This document shows positions 26,033-35,424 of a DNA stretch of 63,179 bases, piece after piece. The notes under the pieces are model-generated. The model saw nothing but the letters and a program-made list of their open reading frames with translations. It was not told the origin of the DNA and did not search any database. The stretch covers positions 1-63,179 of the forward strand of contig CACLKK010000001.1 in NCBI GenBank assembly GCA_902607525.1, in the 5' to 3' direction. Source of the DNA: an uncultured Pelagibacteraceae bacterium (GTDB taxonomy: Bacteria; Pseudomonadota; Alphaproteobacteria; Pelagibacterales; Pelagibacteraceae). Positions within the stretch are counted from its first letter, which is position 1, and each line of letters begins with the position of its first letter. Position numbers and translations under genes: made by a program.

Positions 26033-26689
26033 TTATAAAAGATTTTTTTTTAAAAAATCAAGACCAAGGCTGGTGCCTTCTACAGGAATTCTATGTTCGC
26101 AATTCTTAAATAATTTAGTTTTAACATTAATACTGTGTTTTTTTAAATATTCCCTTGCTTCTAATAAATGTGTTGGTGAAACAATCTCGTCATTTTCTCC
26201 GTGCATTAAAAATATTTTTGGCTTCGAATTAATATTATTTGATAAATGTTTTTGATTAATTACCTTGCCTGAATAACCAATTAAACAATTTATTTGTTGT
26301 ATTTTTTTTAATCCAACTTGTAAACTCATCATACAGCCTTGGCTAAATCCTACAAGCGCCACGTTAATTGGTTCCAAGTGAAAATTATCAAAAACTTGGT
26401 CTATAAATGCGCTTAATGTTTTCTCTGCCTTCAAAGACTTTTCAAGAATTACCTCCTCTCTTTCTGAACTTAAATCAAACCACTGATAACCTTGAGGATT
26501 GATCGAGCAAACTTCAGGTGCGTTTGGACATAAAAAAACAGCATCTGGCAAAAATCTTTGCCAGTTAATAGCAAGTACACTTATATCTTTTCCATCGCCG
26601 CCATAACCATGACATAATATAATTGCTTGGCGCGGTTTATTTCCAGAAACGGGAGGTATAGTAGTTACATCTAAAACATATTTAGTCAT
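26033..26689 (-). CDS. Alpha/beta hydrolase, phospholipase/carboxylesterase family
   Basis: 218 aa. Nucleophile elbow GFSQGCMMS, downstream acidic/His residues (HGENDEIV, CEHRI). Confidence 0.85.
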   Translation of the reverse strand: MTKYVLDVTTIPPVSGNKPRQAIILCHGYGGDGKDISVLAINWQRFLPDAVFLCPNAPEVCSINPQGYQWFDLSSEREEVILEKSLKAEKTLSAFIDQVFDNFHLEPINVALVGFSQGCMMSLQVGLKKIQQINCLIGYSGKVINQKHLSNNINSKPKIFLMHGENDEIVSPTHLLEAREYLKKHSINVKTKLFKNCEHRIPVEGTSLGLDFLKKNLL

Positions 26690-27221
26690 ATTTTAATAAC
26701 CATTTTATAAATTTTTTATCTTCAAAGTTAACTTCACCTATAATTCTAGCAAACTCTTTTCCTTCTTTGTTGATCAGAATACTTGTTGGGACTCCTTTTA
26801 ACTTAAATTCTTTTACAAAATTTATATTGGGGTCAAAAAATATTTGAAGTTTTTTGATATTAAGATCTGAAAAAAATTTTTTTGTTCTTATTACATTAGG
26901 TTTTTCTGCATTAACAGCAAGAACCTCTAAATTCTTGAAACTACTATTCTGATAAAGATTATCTAGAGAAGGCATTTCTTTCTTACAGGGTGCGCACCAT
27001 GTTGCCCAATAGTTGATGATAACGAGTTTTCCTTGATAGTCCTTCAAATTAATTTCGTTCCCTGAAAAATCTTCAAATAAAAGGGATGAAATTGGCTTTG
27101 GTTTTTCATTTATAACTATATTATTGAGTGGAACTTCTTCGTTTGTTTGTGATATTGATGAAAAAATATTAAAACAAAAGAGTAAAATTAAGAACTTTAA
27201 AATTTTTTGATTTGTAAACAT
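26682..27221 (-). CDS. tlpA: TlpA-family periplasmic thiol:disulfide oxidoreductase (thioredoxin fold)
   Basis: 179 aa. N-terminal signal/anchor and WATWCAPCKKEMP active site. Divergent from argH, as in other alphaproteobacteria. Confidence 0.85.
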   Translation of the reverse strand: MFTNQKILKFLILLFCFNIFSSISQTNEEVPLNNIVINEKPKPISSLLFEDFSGNEINLKDYQGKLVIINYWATWCAPCKKEMPSLDNLYQNSSFKNLEVLAVNAEKPNVIRTKKFFSDLNIKKLQIFFDPNINFVKEFKLKGVPTSILINKEGKEFARIIGEVNFEDKKFIKWLLKYD

Positions 27222-27240
27222 TAAAATAAGAACTTAACAC

Positions 27241-28629
27241 ATGAAAAACAAAAATAAAGCTGTTTGGGGTACCAGATTCAATAGCGCAACATCAAAAATT
27301 TTTGAAAAAATTGGTGCATCAATTGATATAGACAAAAGATTATTTGAAGAAGATATTCTTGGTTCAATTATACATGCGCAAATGTTAGTTAGACAAAAAA
27401 TAATTACTAAAGATAAAGGTAATAAAATAATTAAAGGTTTAAAAAAAATTAGGACAGAAATTAGAAAAAATAAATTTCATTTTAGTAAAAAATATGAGGA
27501 TATACATCAAAATATTGAAAAAAGACTTTTTTCTATCATAGGAGAAGATGCGGGCTACTTACACATAGCAAGATCTAGAAACGACCAAGTAATCACGGAC
27601 TTTAAATTGTGGATAAAAAAAGGATCTGAAGAAATAGTTAAAAAACTGAATAATTTAATTAAAAGTTTTTTGAAACAATCAGAAACTAATATTAATACGA
27701 TAATGCCGGGGTTCACTCACCTGAAAAATGCTCAACCAATTTCATTTGCACATTATTTATTAGCTTATGTAGAAATGTTTAAAAGAGATAAAAAAAGATT
27801 TATTAGCAACATCAATTATATCGATGAGTGTCCTCTTGGAGTTGGGGCTTTAACTGGAACTTCGTACAAAATAGATAGAAACTTTACTTCTAAAAAACTA
27901 GGTTTTAAAAAGCCTACCAATAATTCGATTGATTCAGTATCCGACAGAGATTTTGCTTTAGATTTTTTGTCATCTGCTTCTATTTGTGCAATGCATATTT
28001 CAAGGTTTGCGGAAGAATTAATTATTTGGAACTCTGATGTATTCAAACTAATTAAAATTGATGACAAGATGTTAACAGGTTCTTCAATAATGCCACAAAA
28101 AAAAAATCCAGATCCTGCGGAGTTAATTAGAGGAAGAGCTGGGAAAAATTTTGGTTCACTGCAGGCTCTCTTAACTACCATGAAAGGTCTGCCTTTATCT
28201 TATTATAAAGATATGCAGGAGGATAAAGCACTAGTGTTTCATAGTTACGATACTTTATTAGAATCAATTATAATAACAAATGAACTAATTAAAAGTTTAA
28301 AGCCGAATAAAGAGAGAATGCTTGCTTTAGCAAATGAAGGTTTCACAACTGCAACAGATTTTGCTGATTATTTAGTACAAAATAATAGTTTATCTTTTAG
28401 AGAAGCTTATAAAATTTCAGCTAAATTAGTAAACTATGCTGAAAAAAATAAAAAGAAGCTTAATGAACTAAACTTTAAAGAAGTAAAAAAGATGAAGAAA
28501 AATCTGAACAAAAATGTAATGAAGGTTTTTGATGTTAGAAACTCAGTAAATTTAAAAGTTTCATACGGAGGAACTGCTACAAAAAATATAAAAAAAATGA
28601 TATTTAAATTGAGAAAGGAATTTAAATAA
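27241..28629 (+). CDS. argH: Argininosuccinate lyase
   Basis: 462 aa. Fumarate-lyase signature GSSIMPQKKNPD and RSRNDQV. Confidence 0.95.
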   Translation: MKNKNKAVWGTRFNSATSKIFEKIGASIDIDKRLFEEDILGSIIHAQMLVRQKIITKDKGNKIIKGLKKIRTEIRKNKFHFSKKYEDIHQNIEKRLFSIIGEDAGYLHIARSRNDQVITDFKLWIKKGSEEIVKKLNNLIKSFLKQSETNINTIMPGFTHLKNAQPISFAHYLLAYVEMFKRDKKRFISNINYIDECPLGVGALTGTSYKIDRNFTSKKLGFKKPTNNSIDSVSDRDFALDFLSSASICAMHISRFAEELIIWNSDVFKLIKIDDKMLTGSSIMPQKKNPDPAELIRGRAGKNFGSLQALLTTMKGLPLSYYKDMQEDKALVFHSYDTLLESIIITNELIKSLKPNKERMLALANEGFTTATDFADYLVQNNSLSFREAYKISAKLVNYAEKNKKKLNELNFKEVKKMKKNLNKNVMKVFDVRNSVNLKVSYGGTATKNIKKMIFKLRKEFK

Positions 28630-28745
28630 TGAAAAAACTTTTGTTAATCGTTATAGCATGCTTATTTTGTATTTCATGTGGTGTTAAAAGTGATCCAGAA
28701 TATAAATCTAGAAATAATTATATTACAACTACATATTTAATTTAA
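28629..28745 (+). CDS. Small (38-aa) lipoprotein between argH and lysA (LptM/YifL-like position)
   Basis: The ATG overlaps the argH stop (TAATG). MKKLLLIVIACLFCISCGVKSDPEYKS... has a lipobox (CIS|C) and a Gly after the Cys. Not in the ORF track because it is below the length cut-off. Confidence 0.6.
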   Translation: MKKLLLIVIACLFCISCGVKSDPEYKSRNNYITTTYLI

Positions 28746-28748
28746 ACA

Positions 28749-29978
28749 ATGAATTATATCAGACTTAGGAAAAATAATCTTTGTGTTGAAAATGTATCAG
28801 CGCAAAAACTTGCGAAAAAATACAGGACTCCTTTTTACTGTTATTCTCTTGCGCAGTTAAAAAATAATTATTTTACTTTTAAAAATGCATTCAAATCCAT
28901 AAAACCAGTTGTATGCTTTTCAGTAAAATCAAATTCGAATATTGCAATACTTAAAGAACTTAAAAAAATGGGTTCTGGAGCTGATGTTGTCTCTATTGGA
29001 GAGCTTTTAAAAGCTAAAAAAGCAGGTATTAATTCACAAAAAATAGTTTTTTCAGGCATTGGCAAAACTGAAGACGAAATAAGAATGGCAATTAAAAAAA
29101 GAGTTTTGTTAATTAACGTTGAATCCGAAAATGAAGTTAACCTAATTAATAAAATTTCAAAAAAAATTTCAAAAAAAATTTCTATTGGAATAAGATTAAA
29201 TCCAAATGTAACTGGTAAAACTCATCGAAAAATATCAACTGGAGGAAAAAATGAAAAATTTGGTTTGTCTTATAATGATTTTATAGTTCTTTGTGAAAAA
29301 ATTAAAAAAATGAAAAATTTAAATTTAGAAGGAATAAGTGTTCATATAGGAAGCCAAATTACAAACGTTATACCATTTAAAAAGATGTTATCTGTTGTAA
29401 ATAAAGTAATTAATAAAACTAAAATAAATTTTAGATTTATTGATCTTGGAGGAGGTATGGGTATTTCATATTCTAAAAAAGAAAAAGAAATTAATTTAAA
29501 GAAATATGCAAAATTAATACAAAAATTTATGAAAAATAAAAACTCAAAAATAATTTTTGAGCCAGGAAGATTTATTATTGGAAATGCAGCTATTTTAATT
29601 ACAAAAATTATTTATATTAAAAAAAGTAATAAAAAAAATTTTATTATTTTAGATGCTGGTATGAATAACCTAATGCGACCTGCACTATATGGTGCTCATC
29701 ACCAGATCATTCCATTTAAAAAAACAAAAAAAATACTTAGGGGAAATCTTGAATTTGTTGGACCTGTATGTGAAAGCTCTGATAAATTTTCTAATGAAAA
29801 AATATTTACAAAGATCAAAGAGGGCGATTATGTTGGGTTGGCAAATGTAGGTGCGTACGGTATGTCCTTATCATCTAATTATAATACTAGACCCATAATT
29901 GCTGAAATTATGGTAAATGGCTCAAAAGATAAAATAATTAGAAAAAGACAAACTCTAGAAAGTTTAGTTAATAATTAA
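28749..29978 (+). CDS. lysA: Diaminopimelate decarboxylase
   Basis: 409 aa, Orn/DAP/Arg decarboxylase fold. PLP-Lys context FSVKSN, GGGMGI, EPGRFI and GPVCESSD. Confidence 0.9.
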   Translation: MNYIRLRKNNLCVENVSAQKLAKKYRTPFYCYSLAQLKNNYFTFKNAFKSIKPVVCFSVKSNSNIAILKELKKMGSGADVVSIGELLKAKKAGINSQKIVFSGIGKTEDEIRMAIKKRVLLINVESENEVNLINKISKKISKKISIGIRLNPNVTGKTHRKISTGGKNEKFGLSYNDFIVLCEKIKKMKNLNLEGISVHIGSQITNVIPFKKMLSVVNKVINKTKINFRFIDLGGGMGISYSKKEKEINLKKYAKLIQKFMKNKNSKIIFEPGRFIIGNAAILITKIIYIKKSNKKNFIILDAGMNNLMRPALYGAHHQIIPFKKTKKILRGNLEFVGPVCESSDKFSNEKIFTKIKEGDYVGLANVGAYGMSLSSNYNTRPIIAEIMVNGSKDKIIRKRQTLESLVNN

Positions 29979-29995
29979 TTTAACAATCAATTTAA

Positions 29996-30703
29996 ATGGC
30001 GTTTTTAAGATCATTATTATTTAATTTTATTTTGTATACTGGAATTGTTGTTGTTTTTCTAATAGCTCTACCAGCATTATTTTTACCCACAAAAATTACT
30101 TTATTATTTGGAAAATTTTTAGGTCACTATGTAGTTTTTATTTTGAAAATATTTTTAAATACAAAAGTAGAATTTAAAGGACTTGAAAATATACCAAAAA
30201 ATGAAAAATATTTTGTTGCATCAGCACATCAATCTATGTTTGAAACTTTTGCTTTACAAAGTGTTCTTGATTATCCAGTTTTTATTTTAAAAAAAGAACT
30301 TTTAAAAATTCCCTTGTTTGGACTTTATTTAAAAAAAATCGACTCGATAGAAATAACAAGAGACACAACTACAAAAGAGAACTTGGGTTTTTTTGATAAA
30401 GTAGCTTCTATTATCAAGAATAAAAAAAGACCTCTTTTGATATTTCCTCAAGGCACAAGAGTAAAAGTTGATGATAAGGTCCCCTTTAAAAAAGGAGTTG
30501 GAAGAATATATGAGGCATTAAATATTTGTTGCGTTCCTGTAGCATTAAATTCGGGTAATGTTTGGCCAAAAAGTGGGATAATAAAATATCCAGGAAAAAT
30601 AACAGTATCTTTTTTAAAACCAATAGAACCTGGTCTAAATCGAGATGAATTTATCACAAATTTAGAAATGAAGATCTATGATGAAATTAAAAATATTTCT
30701 TAA
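29996..30703 (+). CDS. plsC: 1-acyl-sn-glycerol-3-phosphate acyltransferase
   Basis: 235 aa. N-terminal TM, acyltransferase blocks SAHQSMFETF (HX4[D/E]) and FPQGTR. Confidence 0.8.
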   Translation: MAFLRSLLFNFILYTGIVVVFLIALPALFLPTKITLLFGKFLGHYVVFILKIFLNTKVEFKGLENIPKNEKYFVASAHQSMFETFALQSVLDYPVFILKKELLKIPLFGLYLKKIDSIEITRDTTTKENLGFFDKVASIIKNKKRPLLIFPQGTRVKVDDKVPFKKGVGRIYEALNICCVPVALNSGNVWPKSGIIKYPGKITVSFLKPIEPGLNRDEFITNLEMKIYDEIKNIS

Positions 30704-30705
30704 TT

Positions 30706-31605
30706 TTACTTTCTTCCAAAATCAGGTTTACTAATATCCTGGCCAGCTTTTATAATTTTTTTTCTAATTTTTTTTGTTTTTGTAAAAATTTTTTCTAGTT
30801 TTTTTTCATTTTTATTTTTAATTGCTTTTTTTAAATCTTTTAGATTTTTTATAAATTTATCAATTATTTTTGAGGTATTTTTCCTATTCTGAATAAAAAT
30901 ATCTCTCCACATAACAGGATTAGACGCGGCAATTCTTGTAAAATCTCTTAGCCCCCCTGCGCTATATTTAACAATATTAAGATCTTTTTTCTTTTTAATT
31001 TTAAGAGCAGTATTTACAATATTGTAAGCTATCAAGTGTGGCATATGACTTGTAATCGATAAAATATAATCGTGCTGTTTTGCATCCATTACGTCAACTC
31101 TACTTCCTAATTTTTTCCAAAACTTTTCTAATAATTTAATATCCTTATTATTTGATTGTTTGCCGGGAGTTAAAATACACCATTTATTTTTAAAAAGTTC
31201 TGAAAATCCTGATTCAGGTCCGCTATCTTCTGTACCAGCTATAGGATGCGATGGAATCCAAGATATATTTTTAGGAATATTTTTTTCAATTAAGGAAATT
31301 ACATTTTTTTTCACCGATCCAACATCGGTTAATATAGCTCCATTTTTTAGGGAATCTTTTATTTTCAAAATTATATTCTTATAACTGCTCAAAGGACTGG
31401 CAATTATAATAAGATCAGAATCTTTAACTATTTTTTTTGTATCAGAACTAGCTTCATCCACTATTTTTAATCTAATTACTTTTTTATTAGTACTGTTCGA
31501 TCTATTGGAAGAAACTACTTTAGTTGCAAGTTTATTTTTTTTTATACCTCTCGCTATAGAAGAACCAATTAATCCGCATCCTATTATACATACCCTTTTA
31601 AACAT
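30706..31605 (-). CDS. tyrC: Prephenate/arogenate (cyclohexadienyl) dehydrogenase
   Basis: 299 aa. Rossmann motif VCIIGCGLIGSS, HPIAGTE and the ITSHMPHL motif. Coupled to hisC (start/stop overlap at 31605). Confidence 0.85.
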   Translation of the reverse strand: MFKRVCIIGCGLIGSSIARGIKKNKLATKVVSSNRSNSTNKKVIRLKIVDEASSDTKKIVKDSDLIIIASPLSSYKNIILKIKDSLKNGAILTDVGSVKKNVISLIEKNIPKNISWIPSHPIAGTEDSGPESGFSELFKNKWCILTPGKQSNNKDIKLLEKFWKKLGSRVDVMDAKQHDYILSITSHMPHLIAYNIVNTALKIKKKKDLNIVKYSAGGLRDFTRIAASNPVMWRDIFIQNRKNTSKIIDKFIKNLKDLKKAIKNKNEKKLEKIFTKTKKIRKKIIKAGQDISKPDFGRK

Positions 31606-32684
31606 TACTTTAAGATACTCCCCATAGATTTTATAAAATTTTCATTAGCTTCTTTATTTCCAATAGTTAATCTTAAAGAGTTGGGTATTTTGTACTGTGT
31701 CATTTTTCTCACAATTAGTTTGTCTGCTACTAACTTTTCAAAAACCTCGTCTGAATTAATTTTTGTTTCATCAAAATTCATCAAAAAAAAATTTACCGCA
31801 GGTTCATTTGTTTTAATATTATATTCTTTCAACATAGAGAATATTTTCTTTGACCATAATGTATTATGATCAATTGCTTTTTTTGTCCATTCGCTATCTT
31901 TAATAGCTGCCACTCCTGCAGCAAGAACTGCTCTATTAACATTGAAGGGAGGTTTTATTTGATACATGCTATCAATTATTTCTTTAGAAGAATAACCCCA
32001 GCCTAGTCGCAAGCCAGCCAAACCATAAATTTTTGAAAAAGTTCTAGTAATTAATACGTTAGCAGAATCTTCAAATAGATCTAAACCTGAAGAAAAATTA
32101 TCGGAATCGATAAATTCAAAATACGCATCATCCACAACTAAAAGTATATCGCTTCTAAGTTTTTTTCTTAAATCAAGCATTTCATTTTTAGATAAATATG
32201 TTCCTGTAGGATTGTTAGGATTTGCAATAAATACAATTTTTGTTTTGGCAGAAACTTTTTTTATTATTTCTTCTACTGATGCTTTAAAATTCTTTTCTTT
32301 AGCTAACACAATTTTTGCCCTACTAAGTGAAGCGTATATTTTGTACATGATAAAGCCAAATTCTGTAACTATTACTTCATCCCCAGGATTAAGAAATAGA
32401 CGGCAGGTTAAATCAAATATTTGATCTGAGCCTGATCCGCAAATAATCCTTTTTGGATCTATTTTAAATTCATTTGATAAAACTTCTCTCAAAGAATTTG
32501 AATCATCCTCTGGATATTTAAAAAGTTTGTTTTTTTCTTTTTCAAATGCTTCGGTGGCTTTTGGACTTGCTCCAAGAGCAGATTCATTTGCAGATAATTT
32601 TATTGGATTTTCAATCTTTTTAAATTGAGATAATCCTCCAACATATCTTTCAACCTCAAATTTTATTGGCTTTGGTAAATTCAT
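31605..32684 (-). CDS. hisC: Histidinol-phosphate aminotransferase
   Basis: 359 aa. ANPNNPTGT and the PLP-lysine motif RTFSKIYGLAGLRLGW. Confidence 0.9.
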   Translation of the reverse strand: MNLPKPIKFEVERYVGGLSQFKKIENPIKLSANESALGASPKATEAFEKEKNKLFKYPEDDSNSLREVLSNEFKIDPKRIICGSGSDQIFDLTCRLFLNPGDEVIVTEFGFIMYKIYASLSRAKIVLAKEKNFKASVEEIIKKVSAKTKIVFIANPNNPTGTYLSKNEMLDLRKKLRSDILLVVDDAYFEFIDSDNFSSGLDLFEDSANVLITRTFSKIYGLAGLRLGWGYSSKEIIDSMYQIKPPFNVNRAVLAAGVAAIKDSEWTKKAIDHNTLWSKKIFSMLKEYNIKTNEPAVNFFLMNFDETKINSDEVFEKLVADKLIVRKMTQYKIPNSLRLTIGNKEANENFIKSMGSILK

Positions 32685-32790
32685 AATTTTTTTATATATA
32701 AATCGTATCGGTAAATACTATATATGCAGCTTTGTGGCAAAATAAATACAACCTAATTTGACAAAAGATGTGGTTTTTAGTACAAGAAAA

Positions 32791-32842
32791 CCGCGCTGAT
32801 TTAACTTGAATTGCGAGCGCATTAAAAAAACAGCTAAAAAAG
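32791..32842 (+). promoter_or_regulatory. SAM-II riboswitch aptamer (SAM-II/SAM-V clan) in the metX leader
   Basis: CCGCGCUGAUUUAACUUGAAUUGCGAGCGCAUUAAAAAAACAGCUAAAAAAGG. The P1 helix is GCGCU/AGCGC. The loop GCUGAUUU can pair with the downstream ACAGC...AAAAA to form the H-type pseudoknot. The layout closely follows the metX SAM-II motif as I remember it. Confidence 0.8.
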
Positions 32843-32848
32843 GTTTTT

Positions 32849-32874
32849 GCCCAGTTTAGCTGGGCTTTTTTTTT
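32849..32874 (+). terminator. Intrinsic terminator directly after the SAM-II aptamer (expression platform)
   Basis: GCCCAG-UUUAG-CUGGGC followed by U9, ending 9 nt before the metX ATG. Confidence 0.7.
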
Positions 32875-32882
32875 GTTTAATT

Positions 32883-34007
32883 ATGAATAGTGAACTAAAA
32901 AATTTAAAAAAATTAATTGTCAATCAATCTCTTGAACTTGATTGTGGAAAAACAATTAAAGATTTTCCTTTAGCATACGAAACATACGGGATTCTTAACA
33001 AAAAAAAAAATAATGCTATACTTGCTTTTCATGCTTTAACGGGAGATCAATTTTGTACGAATACTAATCCCATAACTAAAAGAGAGGGTTGGTGGACAAC
33101 AGCAGTAGGTCCTGGAAAAGCAATTGATACTAATAAATATTTTGTAATTTGTGCAAACGTTTTAGGAGGGTGTATGGGCACTTATGGACCTACAGAAGTC
33201 AATCCAGAAACTAATAAATTATTTGGAACCACTTTTCCAGTAATAACAATAAGAGATATGGTTAGAGCTCAAAAACACTTAATTGATCATTTAGGAATTA
33301 AAAAATTACTTTCCATAATAGGTGGCTCAATGGGTGGAATGCAGGTTTTGCAATTTGCTTCTTTGTATCCCGACCTTGCATACTCTGCTATTCCAATAGC
33401 ATGTAGTGCCAGTCATTCGGCTCAAAATATTGCACTAAATGAATTGGGTAGACAAGCCATTATGGCTGATCCAAATTGGAAGAAAGAAAATGCATCTCCC
33501 GACAAAGGTTTAGCGGTCGCAAGAATGGCAGCTCATATTACTTATCTATCTAAAAAAGGTTTGCAGGAAAAATTTGGTCGAAAACTTCAAGAAAAAGGTA
33601 GTTTAAAATTTAGTTTTGATGCAGATTTTCAAATAGAAAGTTATTTACGTTATCAAGGTGCAACTTTTGTAGATAGATTTGATGCTAACAGCTACCTTTA
33701 TATCACAAGAGCAATGGATTATTTTGACTTAGAAAAACAATTTAATGGCTCGCTTTCTCTTGCTTTTAAAAATACCAAATCTAAATTTTGTGTAATATCA
33801 TTTTCATCAGACTGGCTCTATCCAACTACTGAAAATAAAGAAATAGTTATAGCCCTAAATGCTTGTGGGGCAAACGTAGGTTTTGTTGAGATTAATTCAG
33901 ATAAAGGCCACGATTCGTTTTTATTAAACGTACCTGAATTTTTAAGAACCGTAAGTGAATTTCTTAATTCTACTTATAATGAGATTAATAATGAAAAAAG
34001 AATTTGA
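32883..34007 (+). CDS. metX: Homoserine O-acetyltransferase
   Basis: The track ORF begins at 32847 (TTG) but that part covers the terminator. The ATG at 32883 (MNSELKNL) is preferred. Alpha/beta-hydrolase nucleophile GGSMGGMQ and C-terminal GHDSFL. Confidence 0.9.
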   Translation: MNSELKNLKKLIVNQSLELDCGKTIKDFPLAYETYGILNKKKNNAILAFHALTGDQFCTNTNPITKREGWWTTAVGPGKAIDTNKYFVICANVLGGCMGTYGPTEVNPETNKLFGTTFPVITIRDMVRAQKHLIDHLGIKKLLSIIGGSMGGMQVLQFASLYPDLAYSAIPIACSASHSAQNIALNELGRQAIMADPNWKKENASPDKGLAVARMAAHITYLSKKGLQEKFGRKLQEKGSLKFSFDADFQIESYLRYQGATFVDRFDANSYLYITRAMDYFDLEKQFNGSLSLAFKNTKSKFCVISFSSDWLYPTTENKEIVIALNACGANVGFVEINSDKGHDSFLLNVPEFLRTVSEFLNSTYNEINNEKRI

Positions 34008-34584
34008 AGTAATATCTAAAATAATTCAAAACAATAAAAGAGTTTTGGACATTGGTTGTGGTGATGGAACTCTAATGGAATACCTTAAAAAGAATCAACA
34101 AAATGATGTTAGAGGTCTTGAGCCACAAAAAAATCTTGTGCAAATATGTATTTCTAAAGGTCTTTCAGTAATTGAAGGTGATGCGGAAAAAGAGTTGGCG
34201 CAATTTCCTGAAAAATCATTTGACTATGTTGTTTTAAGTCAAACTTTGCAGGCTTTCTTTAGCCCTGATGAAGTTTTGAATCAACTACTTAGAATTGGGA
34301 AACAAACAATTGTTTCTATTCCTAATTTCGGGTATTGGAAAGTTCGTCTTCATTTATTGTTTAAGGGAACTATGCCTATTACTAAAAATTTACCCAATGA
34401 ATGGTATAATACTCCAAATTTACATATGTGCTCAATTCAAGACTTTGTTAATTTTTGCAAAAAAAAGAATATAAGAATTGATAGATCTATGTGTTTAACC
34501 AATGAAAAAATTTCTGAAATTACAAATAGAAATATGGCCTATAAAAATATTTTTTCACAACTAGGAATATTTCTTATACAATAG
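33991..34584 (+). CDS. metW: Methionine biosynthesis protein MetW
   Basis: The ATG at 33991 ([12 protein letters not shown]) overlaps metX by 17 nt. SAM-MTase-like VLDIGCGDG. Classic metX-metW pair. Confidence 0.9.
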   Translation: MKKEFEVISKIIQNNKRVLDIGCGDGTLMEYLKKNQQNDVRGLEPQKNLVQICISKGLSVIEGDAEKELAQFPEKSFDYVVLSQTLQAFFSPDEVLNQLLRIGKQTIVSIPNFGYWKVRLHLLFKGTMPITKNLPNEWYNTPNLHMCSIQDFVNFCKKKNIRIDRSMCLTNEKISEITNRNMAYKNIFSQLGIFLIQ

Positions 34585-34591
34585 CTCAAAT

Positions 34592-35353
34592 ATGCAAATA
34601 ACTCCTTTACCTTGTTTAATAGATAACTATGCATATATTATTAATGATAATAATTCTAAAACTATAGGCGTTGTTGATCCATCTGAGGCAGGACCAGTAA
34701 TTTCTTTCCTTAAAAAAAATAATCTTAAATTAAATTACATATTAAACACACACCATCACTTTGATCACATAGGAGGAAATGCAGAGTTAAAAAAATTATA
34801 TAAAGCTAAAGTAATTGGTTTTCATGGAGATAAGCATAGAATTCCAGGTATAGATATTACACTTAAAGATAATGAAAAATGGAATTTCGGAAACTCTATT
34901 GTAAAAATATTGCATATTCCAGGACACACCCTAGGTCATATATGTTTTTTTTTCGAAAAAGAGAAACTTGCTTTTACAGGAGATACTTTGTTTTCACTTG
35001 GTTGTGGTAGAATTTTTGAAGGTGATCACAAACAAATGCTAATATCACTAAACAAAATTAAAAGTTTACCTAAAGATACTAAAATTTATTGTGGTCATGA
35101 ATATACATATAAAAATGCAGAATTTTGTATGAAGCATGATGATAAAAATTTAGATTTAATTAAACAATTTGAAAAAATTAAAAAATTAAGGTTAGATAAT
35201 TTACCAACTGTTCCTACAATGCTAGAAGATGAATTAAAATCTAATATCTTTCTTAGATGTGATAAAAATGAGGTAAAAATTAAACTAAACATGAAAAACG
35301 AAGAAGATTTTAAAGTATTTACGAAGGTTAGAGACTTAAAAGACGCTTTTTAA
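34592..35353 (+). CDS. gloB: Hydroxyacylglutathione hydrolase (glyoxalase II)
   Basis: 253 aa. Metallo-beta-lactamase motif THHHFDHIGG, plus GHTLGH and CGHEYT. Confidence 0.9.
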   Translation: MQITPLPCLIDNYAYIINDNNSKTIGVVDPSEAGPVISFLKKNNLKLNYILNTHHHFDHIGGNAELKKLYKAKVIGFHGDKHRIPGIDITLKDNEKWNFGNSIVKILHIPGHTLGHICFFFEKEKLAFTGDTLFSLGCGRIFEGDHKQMLISLNKIKSLPKDTKIYCGHEYTYKNAEFCMKHDDKNLDLIKQFEKIKKLRLDNLPTVPTMLEDELKSNIFLRCDKNEVKIKLNMKNEEDFKVFTKVRDLKDAF

Positions 35354-35366
35354 TTGTTGTTAAAAC

Positions 35367-35394
35367 TTGACATGAGAAGTTAGAAAGCTATATT
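35367..35394 (+). promoter_or_regulatory. Candidate sigma70 promoter of the rplU-rpmA-obg... operon
   Basis: TTGACA (35367-35372), a 16-nt spacer and TATATT (35389-35394), 30 nt upstream of the rplU ATG. Confidence 0.45.
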
Positions 35395-35424
35395 GCCACT
35401 ATTTCCAAATATGAAATTAAAACA

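Noticed and set aside
32847-32882. N-terminal extensions proposed by the ORF track for metX (32847), dsbB (24320), metW (33955), atpD (44015), aceE (4080) and the TAXI protein (9988).
   Set aside because: The extensions overlap upstream genes or RNA structure (the metX one is the terminator itself) and lack homology. Internal ATGs match family N-termini or signal peptides.
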